Both the position numbers and the translations under genes were made by a program. Below, piece by piece: positions 28,689 through 38,125 of a stretch of DNA of 56,527 bases. Below the pieces are notes generated by a model, which did no database searches, was not told where the DNA came from, and saw only the letters and a list, made by a program, of their open reading frames with translations. The first letter of the stretch is position 1. The number at the start of each line of letters is the position of its first letter. Source of the DNA: Acidimicrobiaceae bacterium (GTDB lineage: Bacteria; Actinomycetota; Acidimicrobiia; Acidimicrobiales; Bog-793); the NCBI GenBank assembly GCA_003159795.1, contig PLPK01000035.1:1-56527 (forward strand). Reading direction: 5' to 3'.

Positions 28689-30317
28689 GTGACTAGGTCA
28701 GCTCCACCCAACAAGCGCGGAGAGTGGCCACACGTAGGTCCGCGGGCTGCCCGTCGCACCCACGCGCTCTGCCTTCGTCGGATCAAGACCACGAAAGTTC
28801 TTGTCGCGTCCTTGCTCGCGGCGTTCGCCACCGCCGCCGGCGCGACGGCGACCGTCGCGCCACTTGCCGGCGCGGCCGCACCACGCGACGCCGCCTGCAG
28901 TGTCCGGCAGGGTCACGGCATCACCTGGCCGAGCGCCTCCTGGACGACGTGCGTCACGGGTTCGATCGCCGAGAGCTCCCCGACCGTCGCGGACTGGAAC
29001 GACACGACGATCGTCGCCGTCGGCGACGAGAACGGGATGCTGCACGTCATCAACGCCGCGACCGGCCGCGAACTCCCCGGCTGGCCGCAACGACTGGCCG
29101 CACCCGCCGGCGCTCGGGTCGCGATCGAGTCGAGCCCCACGATCGCGTTCCTCGACGGCCCGAGGAAACCACCCTCGATCATCGTCGGGGCGGGTTCGAC
29201 CTGGGTGCACAACACCGCCCGGGAGGTCGAGGCCTTCCGGCTGAGCGGGGCCATCCGCTTCGTCTTCCACGTCGGCTGGGCCCCGGGCACCGCGGTCGGA
29301 GTCATCTCGACTCCCGCCGTCGGCAACCTCACCGGTGGCTCGCAACAGGACATCGTCTTTGGCTCCTGGGACCACTACCTCTACGCGCTCACGCCGGCAG
29401 GCAGGCTCCTCCCCGGCTTCCCGATCAACAACGCCGACACGATCTGGTCCTCGCCGGCGCTCTACCGGGTCCCCGGGACAGTCGGTGACAGCATCTACAT
29501 CGGTTCCGACGCCTCGGGCTGGCACAACTGCCGCGGCGGGCTGATCAGCGACTACCGCTACGTCCGAGGCACTCTGACACTCGTCTGGCAGCACTGTGAG
29601 AGCCAGACGATCTGGTCGAGCCCGGCGGTCGGCGTGATCAACTCCTCGGGCCGCGCCGCCGTCGTCGTCGGCACGGGCTGGTTCTGGCAGCCGTTCCCCT
29701 CGGCGACGTACAGGCTCTTCGCCTACTACGCCGACAACGGGGCGCGCGTGCCAGGTTGGCCGGTTGTGACGTCGGGACCCTCGTTCGGCTCCCCGGCGAT
29801 CGGGACGATCAACGAAACCGGCGTGCCGGCCGTCGTCGACACGTCGTGGGCGTGCGACGGCCTCACCGTGACGAGCTGTCTCACGACCAACGCCTCGCGG
29901 GTGACGGCGTGGAACGGGAATGGGAACCGGCTCTGGTCCGACGAGCTGAGTCAGCCGACGGACTTCTCGTCGCCGGTCCTCGCCCCATTGCACACCGGGA
30001 CCTGGAACGACGTCCTCGTCGGCTCCGGCGCCGGTCTCTACGCGATCAACGGGCGGACCGGCACCTTCATGTTCGGGTCGTCGCCCACGGGTTGGACGAT
30101 CGACCCATCCTGCCGCATGTTCAACGCCGCCGCGGTCGCTGACGTGCTAGGCGAGGGTCCCGGCGCCGGCTGGAGCGTCATCGAGGCCTGCGGCGGTCCC
30201 GCCCAGTTCAGCTACCCGGGCAAGATCGTGTCCTATCCACTGCCCGTCGCCCCGAGCATCCAGCCGGCGTGGCCGATGTTCCATCAGGACCCGGCACACG
30301 ACGGCACGGCGTCGTAG
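28689..30317 (+). CDS. Secreted FG-GAP/PQQ-like beta-propeller repeat protein
   Basis: Signal peptide; repeated SSP(T/A)(V/I/L) and PG(W/F)P motifs; C-terminal WPMFHQDPAHDG; start uncertain. Confidence 0.85.
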   Translation: MTRSAPPNKRGEWPHVGPRAARRTHALCLRRIKTTKVLVASLLAAFATAAGATATVAPLAGAAAPRDAACSVRQGHGITWPSASWTTCVTGSIAESSPTVADWNDTTIVAVGDENGMLHVINAATGRELPGWPQRLAAPAGARVAIESSPTIAFLDGPRKPPSIIVGAGSTWVHNTAREVEAFRLSGAIRFVFHVGWAPGTAVGVISTPAVGNLTGGSQQDIVFGSWDHYLYALTPAGRLLPGFPINNADTIWSSPALYRVPGTVGDSIYIGSDASGWHNCRGGLISDYRYVRGTLTLVWQHCESQTIWSSPAVGVINSSGRAAVVVGTGWFWQPFPSATYRLFAYYADNGARVPGWPVVTSGPSFGSPAIGTINETGVPAVVDTSWACDGLTVTSCLTTNASRVTAWNGNGNRLWSDELSQPTDFSSPVLAPLHTGTWNDVLVGSGAGLYAINGRTGTFMFGSSPTGWTIDPSCRMFNAAAVADVLGEGPGAGWSVIEACGGPAQFSYPGKIVSYPLPVAPSIQPAWPMFHQDPAHDGTAS

Positions 30318-30383
30318 GACACGGGTTCACCGGTTTCTCCCGCGTCGGTCCCCACAGCGCCGCCGAGCGCGCGATCCGGCGCG

Positions 30384-30398
30384 GCCGGGAAACCCGGC
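30384..30398. terminator. Short GC hairpin between convergent genes
   Basis: GCCGGG-AAA-CCCGGC just downstream of the clpP stop. Confidence 0.35.
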
Positions 30399-30406
30399 AC
30401 CGGGCT

Positions 30407-31030
30407 TCAGTCGTGCTTGGCCGAGTGGGCACCCGAGCGGTCGATCACCTTGTCGATGAAACCGTATTCGCGAGCTTCTTCCGCGGTGAACCACCGGTCG
30501 CGGTCCGAGTCAGCCTCGATCCGCTCGACGGTCTGGCCGGTGTGAAAGGAGATCCTCTCGGCCATCATCTTTTTCAGGTAGACGATCTGCTCGGCCTGGA
30601 TCGCGATGTCGGCCGCCTGACCCTGCATCTGGCCTGAAGGCTGGTGCATGAGGATGCGGGCGTGGGGCAGCGCGTACCGCTTGCCGGGGGTGCCGGCGCA
30701 GAGGAGGAACTGCCCCATGGAGGCCGCGAGCCCGAGGCAGATCGTCGAGACGTCGCAGCGGACGTACTGCATCGTGTCGTAGATCGCGAGTCCGTCGGTC
30801 ACCGACCCGCCCGGCGAGTTGATGTACACCGAGATGTCCCGGTCGGGTTCCTCGGCCTCGAGCAGCAGCAGCTGGGCGCAGATCAAGTTCGCCGAGTTCT
30901 GGTCGACCTGGGTCCCGAGGAAGACGATCCGTTCACGCAGCAGACGCTGGTAGACGTCGGCGGACGGGTCCGCGGTCAGGTTGAGCGACGCCTTGAGGAC
31001 GCCGGACGGCACGGGAAGCTCTTCAGTCAT
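30407..31030 (-). CDS. clpP: ATP-dependent Clp protease proteolytic subunit
   Basis: [37 protein letters not shown]; catalytic triad intact. Confidence 0.97.
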   Translation of the reverse strand: MTEELPVPSGVLKASLNLTADPSADVYQRLLRERIVFLGTQVDQNSANLICAQLLLLEAEEPDRDISVYINSPGGSVTDGLAIYDTMQYVRCDVSTICLGLAASMGQFLLCAGTPGKRYALPHARILMHQPSGQMQGQAADIAIQAEQIVYLKKMMAERISFHTGQTVERIEADSDRDRWFTAEEAREYGFIDKVIDRSGAHSAKHD

Positions 31031-31123
31031 GCATTGAGGCTAACCCGGGCACGCCCGGGCCGCGATCCGGGCATCGGTAAGCTCTGGTCGCTTAGAAGCA
31101 CCTTGGGATGCTCGTCGCCCTTA

Positions 31124-31205
31124 GCGGGTGTGGCGAAATTGGCATACGCGCCGGGTTTAGGTCCCGGTCCCTTCGGGGTTGGAGGTTCGAGTCCTCTCGC
31201 CCGCA
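31124..31205 (+). tRNA. tRNA-Leu(TAG)
   Basis: GCGGGTG/CGCCCGC acceptor, CCGGG-TTTAGGT-CCCGG anticodon arm, long variable arm, GGTTCGAGTCC. Confidence 0.97.
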
Positions 31206-31213
31206 CGAGCGCC
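31156..31213 (+). repeat. att direct repeat, copy 1 (tRNA-Leu 3' half plus 8 nt)
   Basis: TTTAGGTCCCGG...CGCCCGCACGAGCGCC, identical to 32239-32296. Confidence 0.95.
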
Positions 31214-31266
31214 CGACGAGCAGGTACGCGAAGCGGTAGGTGGACGTCCGAATCTTGTCGCATCCG

Positions 31267-31286
31267 TTGCTAACGGATTGCTAACG
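31267..31286 (+). repeat. Tandem TTGCTAACG, putative integrase arm-binding sites (left)
   Basis: TTGCTAACG-GA-TTGCTAACG; same motif pair at 32091-32111. Confidence 0.75.
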
Positions 31287-31298
31287 GCGAGGTGTGAC

Positions 31299-31400
31299 AT
31301 GTCAGGCCATTTCCGCAAGCGCGGTTCGCGCTGGTGCTTCTGGATCGAGCTCGAACCGGGACCCAATGGCGAACGTCGCCAGCGCTCGATACCCGTATAG
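31299..31400 (+). pseudogene. Tyrosine integrase N-terminal (arm-binding domain) remnant
   Basis: GAGG RBS then MSGHFRKRGSRWCFWIELEPGPNGERRQRS, stop after 33 codons; adjacent to att. Confidence 0.7.
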
Positions 31401-31492
31401 AAAGTTCTCACAGGGCAGCTCAGCAGCTATTTCCGTAGCCGTTCCCCCAGGGGGCCCGCCGAGATCCTGCGGCTCCGCACCGCGGGCGACCC

Positions 31493-31777
31493 TCAGGCGC
31501 TTCGCAGGTACTTCCGCACGGCTCGGCGGACGACTTCGCCGGCCGACACGCCGTCGACCTTGGCCCTCTTGTTGATGGCCATTCGCAGCTCGGGCTCGAA
31601 TCTCACGGGCAGACCTTCCGCTGGCGCGGATCCGATGGGAGGCCTGCCTCGGCCGCGTGGCGCAAGCCCCGACAGCTCGAAGCCCTTTTCGGCTTCGCCG
31701 GCCATCCGCTCGAGGACCTCGTCGGTCAACTTGATCCCACTTCTCGTCCTGCCATAGGAGCGCTTCTTCTCTGCCAT
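31493..31777 (-). CDS. Ribbon-helix-helix (CopG/BrnA-like) antitoxin
   Basis: RGRPP motif then VRFEPELRMAINKRAKVDGVSAGEVVRRAVRKYL. Confidence 0.85.
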   Translation of the reverse strand: MAEKKRSYGRTRSGIKLTDEVLERMAGEAEKGFELSGLAPRGRGRPPIGSAPAEGLPVRFEPELRMAINKRAKVDGVSAGEVVRRAVRKYLRSA

Positions 31778-31778
31778 G

Positions 31779-32045
31779 TCAGCCTCCAGTTCCCCCGAGC
31801 AAGGCTTGATAGCTGGGCCGCATCTTCATCGCGTGAATGACGAGTTCTGATCCGTCCTCGCGGACCGCTGTGACGATCTCGAGAAGTCGGGCGGACCGGT
31901 CGGGACCGAGGTACAAGACCTTGTCGGGATCCTCTGCCGGGACCGCTGCGTACAAGGCGTTCTCGATGGCATGGAGGACGTCAGCATCTTCGAAACCGTC
32001 ATGACCTTGGTGCCTACGGGCGGAATGTGCGATCTCAACACTCAT
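31779..32045 (-). CDS. Putative RelE/BrnT-fold toxin
   Basis: SARRH, DVLHAIENA, LYLGPDRSARLLEI, VIHAMKMRPSY; 88 aa, ends 1 nt upstream of the RHH gene. Confidence 0.8.
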   Translation of the reverse strand: MSVEIAHSARRHQGHDGFEDADVLHAIENALYAAVPAEDPDKVLYLGPDRSARLLEIVTAVREDGSELVIHAMKMRPSYQALLGGTGG

Positions 32046-32090
32046 AATATCGTATCACGAAATGATGTCTCCCCACCCTTCGAGGTCGCG

Positions 32091-32111
32091 TTGCTAACGG
32101 AATTGCTAACG
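32091..32111 (+). repeat. Tandem TTGCTAACG, putative arm-binding sites (right)
   Basis: TTGCTAACG-GAA-TTGCTAACG. Confidence 0.75.
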
Positions 32112-32238
32112 CGCGGTTAGGACAGCCTGGTCCGGACCGGGACCCGCTCGGACGGACGCGATGGCGTCCATCTCGCTTGCCAGGAATTTTGGGACCAGAT
32201 GCGACACGTTGGGACGCACTGCGATGCCTCAGGGGCAC

Positions 32239-32296
32239 TTTAGGTCCCGGTCCCTTCGGGGTTGGAGGTTCGAGTCCTCTCGCCCGCACGAGCGCC
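32239..32296 (+). repeat. att direct repeat, copy 2 (tRNA-Leu 3' fragment)
   Basis: Identical to 31156-31213; lacks the tRNA 5' half. Confidence 0.95.
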
Positions 32297-32526
32297 TGAC
32301 GGGAGAGATAGGCCGAAGCAGCAAAGCGGGACGAAACCGCCGCGAGGAGTTTCGACAGCGACGGCGGCGCCGAGAGCTCTGGCCGGCGACCGGCGGGACG
32401 TCTCCCCGCCGACGCCAGTCGCGAGTTCGGCGCCTCAAGACACCGAGAGCGTGCCGAACAGCCGGGTTCTGGCGGTCGGCATGCCATTCGAAGAGGGGCT
32501 GGCCCGAACGGATTTAGCTCCGTAAC

Positions 32527-32537
32527 ATACTGGGTAT
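32527..32537 (+). promoter_or_regulatory. Candidate PadR operator ATAC-N3-GTAT
   Basis: Palindrome ATACTGGGTAT 21 nt upstream of the padR start. Confidence 0.45.
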
Positions 32538-32558
32538 TCAACCCGGAGGCACTCGCAG

Positions 32559-33137
32559 ATGAGCGTCAAACACGCCTTGCTCGGGCTGCTGAGCGAGCAG
32601 CCGAAGTACGGCCACCAGCTCCGGCAGGAGTTCGAGGTGAAGACCGGCGACGTCTGGCCGCTCAACGTCGGCCAGGTGTACACGACCCTCCAGCGTCTTG
32701 AGCGAGACGGGCTGGTCGAATCCGATGAGGCGGACTCCGAGGGGCCCCAGAAGTGGTTCCGAATCACCGCCGCCGGCGAACAGGAACTCGCTAGGTGGCT
32801 AATGACCCCGACCGACCTCACTGTCCCTCCTCGCAACGAGCTTGTGATCAAGGTGCTCGTTGCGCTCGACATCCCTGGCGTCGACGAGCGGAAGTTGCTG
32901 CAGATTCACAGGCGGTACCTCGTCGAGCTGATGCAGCAGTGGACCCGGCTGAAAGACGACGAGGGTCAATACGACTTCAGGCTGGCCCTCGTCGTTGACG
33001 CCGAGCTGTTTCGACTTGACTCGGTGATCCGATGGCTCGATGCCGTCGACGGCCGGTTGAAGCGTGAGGCGCCAGCGCTGCGCGCTGCAAGCGCGGAACT
33101 TCCGATTCTCAGACGGAGACTGGCGGTACGCAAATGA
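32559..33137 (+). CDS. PadR family transcriptional regulator
   Basis: LLGLLSEQPKYGHQL, GQVYTTLQRLERDGLV, ITAAG. Confidence 0.94.
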   Translation: MSVKHALLGLLSEQPKYGHQLRQEFEVKTGDVWPLNVGQVYTTLQRLERDGLVESDEADSEGPQKWFRITAAGEQELARWLMTPTDLTVPPRNELVIKVLVALDIPGVDERKLLQIHRRYLVELMQQWTRLKDDEGQYDFRLALVVDAELFRLDSVIRWLDAVDGRLKREAPALRAASAELPILRRRLAVRK

Positions 33138-33856
33138 GTCTTCTCGAACTTCACCAGGTTTCAAAGACCTATGGCGCGGGTCCGAGCGAGGTGCACGCGG
33201 TAGCTGACATCGATCTCGAAGTCGATCGGGGTTCGCTCATCGCGATCATGGGCCCTAGCGGGTCAGGCAAGTCGACCTTGCTCACGATCTCCGGCAGCCT
33301 CGAGGAGCCGACGAGCGGTGAGGTGTTGATCGACGGCGACTCGCTGCAGAAGATGTCGCGCAACGACAAGGCGCGGCTTCGACGACGCACGATTGGCTAC
33401 GTCTTCCAGGAGTTCAACCTCCTCGCGGGTCTCACCGCCCTCGAGAACGTCTCGCTTCCGCTCGAGCTCGACGGCGTCAGCGCAAAAAAGGCGCGCCTGG
33501 CAGGAATCGCGGTGTTGGAAGACCTCGGCCTCGCCGACCGGGCGACGCGTTACCCCGACCAGCTTTCCGGCGGAGAGCGCCAACGCGTCGCCATCGCGCG
33601 GGCCGTCATCGGTGGACGTCATCTTCTGCTTGCGGACGAACCCTCTGGCGCGCTCGATCAGGCGAACGGGGAAGCCGTGATGCGGATGCTTCTTTCCGCC
33701 TGCAAGAAAGGCGTCGCGGCAGTGGTCGTCACCCACGACGCCCAACTCGCCTCGTGGGCTGACCGCGTTGTCTTCCTGCGCGACGGTCGCATCGTCGATC
33801 AGACGGTACCTCCGCCGAGCGCAGAGTCCCTGGTACAGAACGTGCCACAGCCGTGA
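33134..33856 (+). CDS. ABC transporter ATP-binding protein (LolD/MacB-type)
   Basis: GPSGSGKST, LSGGERQRVAIARA, LLADEP, VTHD. Confidence 0.95.
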   Translation: MSLLELHQVSKTYGAGPSEVHAVADIDLEVDRGSLIAIMGPSGSGKSTLLTISGSLEEPTSGEVLIDGDSLQKMSRNDKARLRRRTIGYVFQEFNLLAGLTALENVSLPLELDGVSAKKARLAGIAVLEDLGLADRATRYPDQLSGGERQRVAIARAVIGGRHLLLADEPSGALDQANGEAVMRMLLSACKKGVAAVVVTHDAQLASWADRVVFLRDGRIVDQTVPPPSAESLVQNVPQP

Positions 33857-36381
33857 CGTCGGCTTCGGACCCCGTCCTCGACCTGCGGGGTGGGGGCACT
33901 GGGTCACTGGCGGCTCGCCGTGCGGTGATGCGTTGGGCGTGGCGGCTGTTCCGGCGCGAGTGGCGCCAGCAGCTCCTCGTCCTCGCACTGATCGTCGTCG
34001 TCGTCGGCGCGATCTTCGTCGCCGCGGCGGTGGCGACGAACAACCCGACGCCGAACAACCTGGGCTTCGGGACTGCGAGTGACCTCGCCTCCTACCAGGG
34101 AGCCGTTCCACACCTTTCGACGAAAGTTGCGGCGCTCGAGCACCGCTTCGGGCGCATCCAAGTCATCGAGGACGAGACCCTCGCGATCCCCGGTTCCGTC
34201 GACACGTACCAGCTCCGAGCCGAGAGTTCGCACGGGCCATTCAGTACCCCGATGCTCTCGCTCGTTGCGGGGAGATACCCGACGGGCCCTGGCGAGGTCG
34301 CCCTCACCGAGGGCGTTGCGTCGGCGTTAAACGTGCACATCGAGCAGTTGTGGTCTGAGGGCGCCACACAACGGCGCGTGGTCGGCATCGTCGAAGACCC
34401 GCTGGACACTCTTGACGCCTTTGCCCTCGTCGTGCCCGGACAGGTTCGAAACCCAACAGAGGTCGATCTGCTGTTCGACGCGCCAGGGGTGGACCCCTCG
34501 ACAATCGGACCGAACGTCGCGCACGTGAGCTCGGTGGCGCTCGGCGCGGCCAATCCCGAAACGATCATCCTTCTGGTCGCCGTGATCGGGATGCTGCTGG
34601 TCGCACTGATTGCGGCCGGAGGCTTCACAGTGTTGGCGCAACGGCGGCTGCGCTCGCTCGGCATGCTCTCTTCGATCGGCGCGACCGAGAAGCAGGTGCG
34701 AGCGGTCGTCCGGACGAACGGCGCCGTCGTCGGCGTCGCTGGCGCACTGCTCGGCGCGCTGCTCGGCCTCATCGTGTGGCTCATCTACCGACCAGCGCTC
34801 GAGACCAGCTCGTTCCACGTCATCGGCACATTCGCCTTGCCATGGGACGTGATCGGACCGGCGATGGGTCTCGCCGTCGTCGCGGCGTACGTCGCCGCTC
34901 GACGCCCGGCTCGCATTGTCGCGAAGGTGCCGATCGTCGCGGCGCTCTCTGGCAGGCCCGTCGAGCCGAAGAGGGTTCACCGTTCGGCGATTCCTGGCGT
35001 CGTGCTGCTAGTCGTGTCCTTCGTGTTGCTCGGGTACTCCACGGCGGGCAACAACGCGAAGCCGCATGTTCCGTTGCTCGTTGGCGGACTCGTTGCGCTC
35101 GTTTCTGGGGTGGTCCTGCTCGCGCCGTTCTTCCTTTCCCTCGCCGCCAGCGTGGGCCGCCACGCGCCGATCGCCACGCGTCTCGCCCTGCGCGACCTCG
35201 CGCGCTATCGCGCCCGGTCGGGACCGGCACTCGCCGCCACCAGCATTAGCGTGATGATCGCGGTGATCATCGCGGTCGCCGCGTCAGCACGGTACGGCAA
35301 CGTCCTTGACTACACGGGACCGAACCTCGCGTCGAACCAGATTGTCGTCTACGCGCCACCGCCAGCTGGCACGCAGCTGTTCAGCCCGACGGGGTCGAGC
35401 ACCGCTCCAAAGCCGCCGCCGATGGAGGTGCTCAATGAGCGTGTCCACGAGATCGCAGAAGCGCTCGGGGCGATTTCGGCGATCGAGCTCGAGCAGACGA
35501 ACGCCAATCTGAGCCACGCCGGGCCCGGGCGGAACTGGAACGGCCCCATTTACGTGGCGACGCACGGACTCCTCAAGGCGTTCGGCATCGCGTCGTCACA
35601 AGTCGATCCGAGCGCCGACATCCTCTCGATGCGACCTGGTCTGTCGGGCATCTCGAAGATGCAGCTCACCTGGTCGCCGCCGTCCGGTCTTCCCGACGGA
35701 AAAGTGCCGAACCACAAGAGCCCGCATTCGAATCCAAATTCCTGTGGGAATGGGTGTCTGTGGAACCCGAAGATCGAAGAGCTGAGCCAGCTTCCCTCCG
35801 GAGCGTCGGCGCCGAACACCGTCTTCACGGAGCACGCCGTCCACGCACTCGGGCTGCAAACATCGCTCGCCGGCTGGTTCATCAGCACCGTGCATCCGCC
35901 GACCGCGGCGCAGATCAGGAACGCTCAACTCGACGCCTCGAAGGTGTGGGGTATGTCCATCGAGACGAAGAACAGCGCGCCGTCGGGAATGGAGGTCATC
36001 GACCTGGCGACGCTTGCCGGCATTGTGCTCGCGCTTGCGATCCTCGCGATGAGCGTCGGTCTCATCCGAGGCGAAACGGCAGGCGACCTGAGAACGCTCG
36101 CCGCGACCGGGGCGAGCAGCACGACGAGGCGCACGATCACGGCAGCGACCGCCGGGGCGCTGGGGTTCCTCGGCGCGCTTCTCGGCACGGTCGCCGGGTA
36201 CATCGGGGTGATCGGGTGGATCCGCTCGAACTCGCTCAACGGCGGGATCTCGGCGCTCGGAAATGTTCCCCTCGCAAATTTGCTGGCGATCCTCGTCGCG
36301 ATGCCGCTCGCTGCTGCAGTCGTGGCCTGGCTACTGGCGGGACGCCAACCGCCGGTGATCGCCCGTCAGCCAATTGAGTGA
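33853..36381 (+). CDS. FtsX-like ABC permease
   Basis: Two FtsX-type TM blocks (RRLRSLGMLSSIGA; DLRTLAATGA) with extracytoplasmic domains. Confidence 0.9.
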   Translation: MTSASDPVLDLRGGGTGSLAARRAVMRWAWRLFRREWRQQLLVLALIVVVVGAIFVAAAVATNNPTPNNLGFGTASDLASYQGAVPHLSTKVAALEHRFGRIQVIEDETLAIPGSVDTYQLRAESSHGPFSTPMLSLVAGRYPTGPGEVALTEGVASALNVHIEQLWSEGATQRRVVGIVEDPLDTLDAFALVVPGQVRNPTEVDLLFDAPGVDPSTIGPNVAHVSSVALGAANPETIILLVAVIGMLLVALIAAGGFTVLAQRRLRSLGMLSSIGATEKQVRAVVRTNGAVVGVAGALLGALLGLIVWLIYRPALETSSFHVIGTFALPWDVIGPAMGLAVVAAYVAARRPARIVAKVPIVAALSGRPVEPKRVHRSAIPGVVLLVVSFVLLGYSTAGNNAKPHVPLLVGGLVALVSGVVLLAPFFLSLAASVGRHAPIATRLALRDLARYRARSGPALAATSISVMIAVIIAVAASARYGNVLDYTGPNLASNQIVVYAPPPAGTQLFSPTGSSTAPKPPPMEVLNERVHEIAEALGAISAIELEQTNANLSHAGPGRNWNGPIYVATHGLLKAFGIASSQVDPSADILSMRPGLSGISKMQLTWSPPSGLPDGKVPNHKSPHSNPNSCGNGCLWNPKIEELSQLPSGASAPNTVFTEHAVHALGLQTSLAGWFISTVHPPTAAQIRNAQLDASKVWGMSIETKNSAPSGMEVIDLATLAGIVLALAILAMSVGLIRGETAGDLRTLAATGASSTTRRTITAATAGALGFLGALLGTVAGYIGVIGWIRSNSLNGGISALGNVPLANLLAILVAMPLAAAVVAWLLAGRQPPVIARQPIE

Positions 36382-36650
36382 GCGGGCTGGACGACAAATC
36401 GCGACACGGTCGGTCTAGACCAGCTTCTCCTTCTCCCACGTCTTCCGCCTCACTTCAAGTTGGCACTCACCGCCCCAGGGAGCGCGAAGAGGGGAATCCG
36501 TCAATCCCAACAACGCGAGGTTCTGGCCGGGAGAACCGAACTCGGCGCCATGGCCGATGGGCCCCGCCGACGAAACTCGGCTCTGGCCTGTAATCATTGG
36601 CCGGTTGCCGGCCACATCTCTGGCAGGGGACATAGAGGGAACGAGCCCAG

Positions 36651-37250
36651 GTGGGTAACGACGACATCACGCGGTTCGAGTCGATCTACCGCCAGAACTT
36701 CCGGGCGATCCTTCGCTTCACGCTGGCTCGTCTCGATCCAGAAAGTGCGAAGGACGCGACGGCGGAGACCTTCCTGATCTGCTGGCGGCGGCTCGAGGAC
36801 GTGCCGAGCGACGCCGCTCCCTGGTTGTTCGGGGTCGCAAAGAAGGTGATCGCCGGTCAGCTCCGTTCTGCCTCGAGGAGAGAAGCGCTGCGCGCCCGAC
36901 TCGAGGTTGTGGGAGCCGGACGCACCACAACCCGTGGCATCGACGAAGAGGTCGTGCAGCGCACCCTCGTGCTCGCCACCCTCGCGAGGCTCAGCGAGAA
37001 CGACCGCGAGGTACTCAAGCTCGCGGTCTGGGACGAGCTGTCCGCCCGGGTCGCCGCGACCGCTCTAGGAATCAGTCGAGTGGCGTACGGCGTGCGGCTG
37101 CACCGTGCACGTCACCGTCTGTCAGCCGCCCTGACAGAGGCGGACGGGCTGGGGCCGTGTGGCGGCGCGGCATATGGCCGCGGCTCCGGCGCCGAGATCC
37201 TCGACCCCCACGACACGCTGCCTTTCCGACGCGCGAAGGAGGCCCGCTGA
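36651..37250 (+). CDS. ECF RNA polymerase sigma factor
   Basis: DATAETFLICWRR, WLFGVA, LSENDREVL, RLHRARHRL. Confidence 0.92.
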   Translation: MGNDDITRFESIYRQNFRAILRFTLARLDPESAKDATAETFLICWRRLEDVPSDAAPWLFGVAKKVIAGQLRSASRREALRARLEVVGAGRTTTRGIDEEVVQRTLVLATLARLSENDREVLKLAVWDELSARVAATALGISRVAYGVRLHRARHRLSAALTEADGLGPCGGAAYGRGSGAEILDPHDTLPFRRAKEAR

Positions 37251-37251
37251 C

Positions 37252-38019
37252 ATGCGCTCTCGCAGAGCTCTCGCTCGGCTTGCCGCCGTCCGCCCGGCGG
37301 TTCTGTCGCAGACGGACAGGATCGTCGACTCGGAGGAGGAGGACCGGATTCTCAGGCGGATCATCGCCTCCGATCCGAGGACGTCGACTCCGACCGCGCT
37401 TCCCGGCCGGGTTGCCACCCGTCATCGGGCCCGCCGACTCACAGGAGCAGTTGCCGTTGCCGTCATCATCGGCCTCGCGGCATACGGGGTCTTCGCCCTG
37501 GTCCGAATCGCGCTGCCCGGCCCCCATCCTCGAGTTGCGACCGCCGCGACGCCGAAATCAACCGGTCCGACCCTCTGGCTGGCGAGTTACCGGTTCAAGC
37601 TCCCGGCTGGCTTCGCGACCGTGAGAACGACCTGTGCACCCGCGCCCAAACGATTCGGTGCTTTGATCCCGGAGGAAAGGATTGCCGCCTTCTCGTCCGC
37701 CGTCTCCGCTGGTGGCCGCTGCATCGAGGCCTATCTCATTGCGGAACCCGCGAAGCCGGCCTCCGAAGGCCTCCAGGCAACCGACAATCTGGCCTTTTCG
37801 GCCTCCTTGTACGGCAGTGTGTGGCCCGACTCGGGCTATGTGCCAGCCCGCGACCCGTCAGACGTCGCACTTTCGATCAACTTCCGCTCCAAAGGCGGCA
37901 ACAACGAAGTCGTCTTTTTCGCCCATGGACTCTCCGCCAGCGACGTGCTGGCGATCGCGAGGACCGGCCTCCCGGCGGCGAGGGGCTCCGCCCCGTCCTG
38001 CGTGACGCCCTGCCGATGA
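37252..38019 (+). CDS. Putative membrane-anchored anti-sigma factor
   Basis: Starts 1 nt after the ECF sigma; cytoplasmic N-terminus, single TM, extracytoplasmic domain with Cys residues. Confidence 0.65.
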   Translation: MRSRRALARLAAVRPAVLSQTDRIVDSEEEDRILRRIIASDPRTSTPTALPGRVATRHRARRLTGAVAVAVIIGLAAYGVFALVRIALPGPHPRVATAATPKSTGPTLWLASYRFKLPAGFATVRTTCAPAPKRFGALIPEERIAAFSSAVSAGGRCIEAYLIAEPAKPASEGLQATDNLAFSASLYGSVWPDSGYVPARDPSDVALSINFRSKGGNNEVVFFAHGLSASDVLAIARTGLPAARGSAPSCVTPCR

Positions 38020-38125
38020 CCAGAACAGACGGCGGGCCAGGTCCAAAGTTGCCAGCCGGCGAAAGCACGCGACCCAGCAGCCACACACGAGCGCACTGAG
38101 CAAACCCCGAGAGAAAGGTTCTGAC

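Larger units (their letters stand above)
31156..32296. mobile_element. Minimal tRNA-Leu-integrated element (1083-bp repeat spacing) carrying a TA pair
   Basis: 58-bp direct repeats at 31156-31213 and 32239-32296, integrase stump, arm-type repeats. Confidence 0.88.

Noticed and set aside
28435-28700. Possible c-di-AMP (ydaO) riboswitch upstream of the beta-propeller gene
   Set aside because: Only CGCTGAA and GTCAGCT fragments match; the remaining conserved core is not visible. An Rfam scan would settle it.
32239-32296. Second tRNA-Leu gene
   Set aside because: Only the 3' half is present, with no D-arm or 5' acceptor strand; it is an att repeat.
36590-36625. ECF autoregulatory promoter (TGTAAT...CATC)
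   Set aside because: Plausible but a single instance with no second copy to support it.
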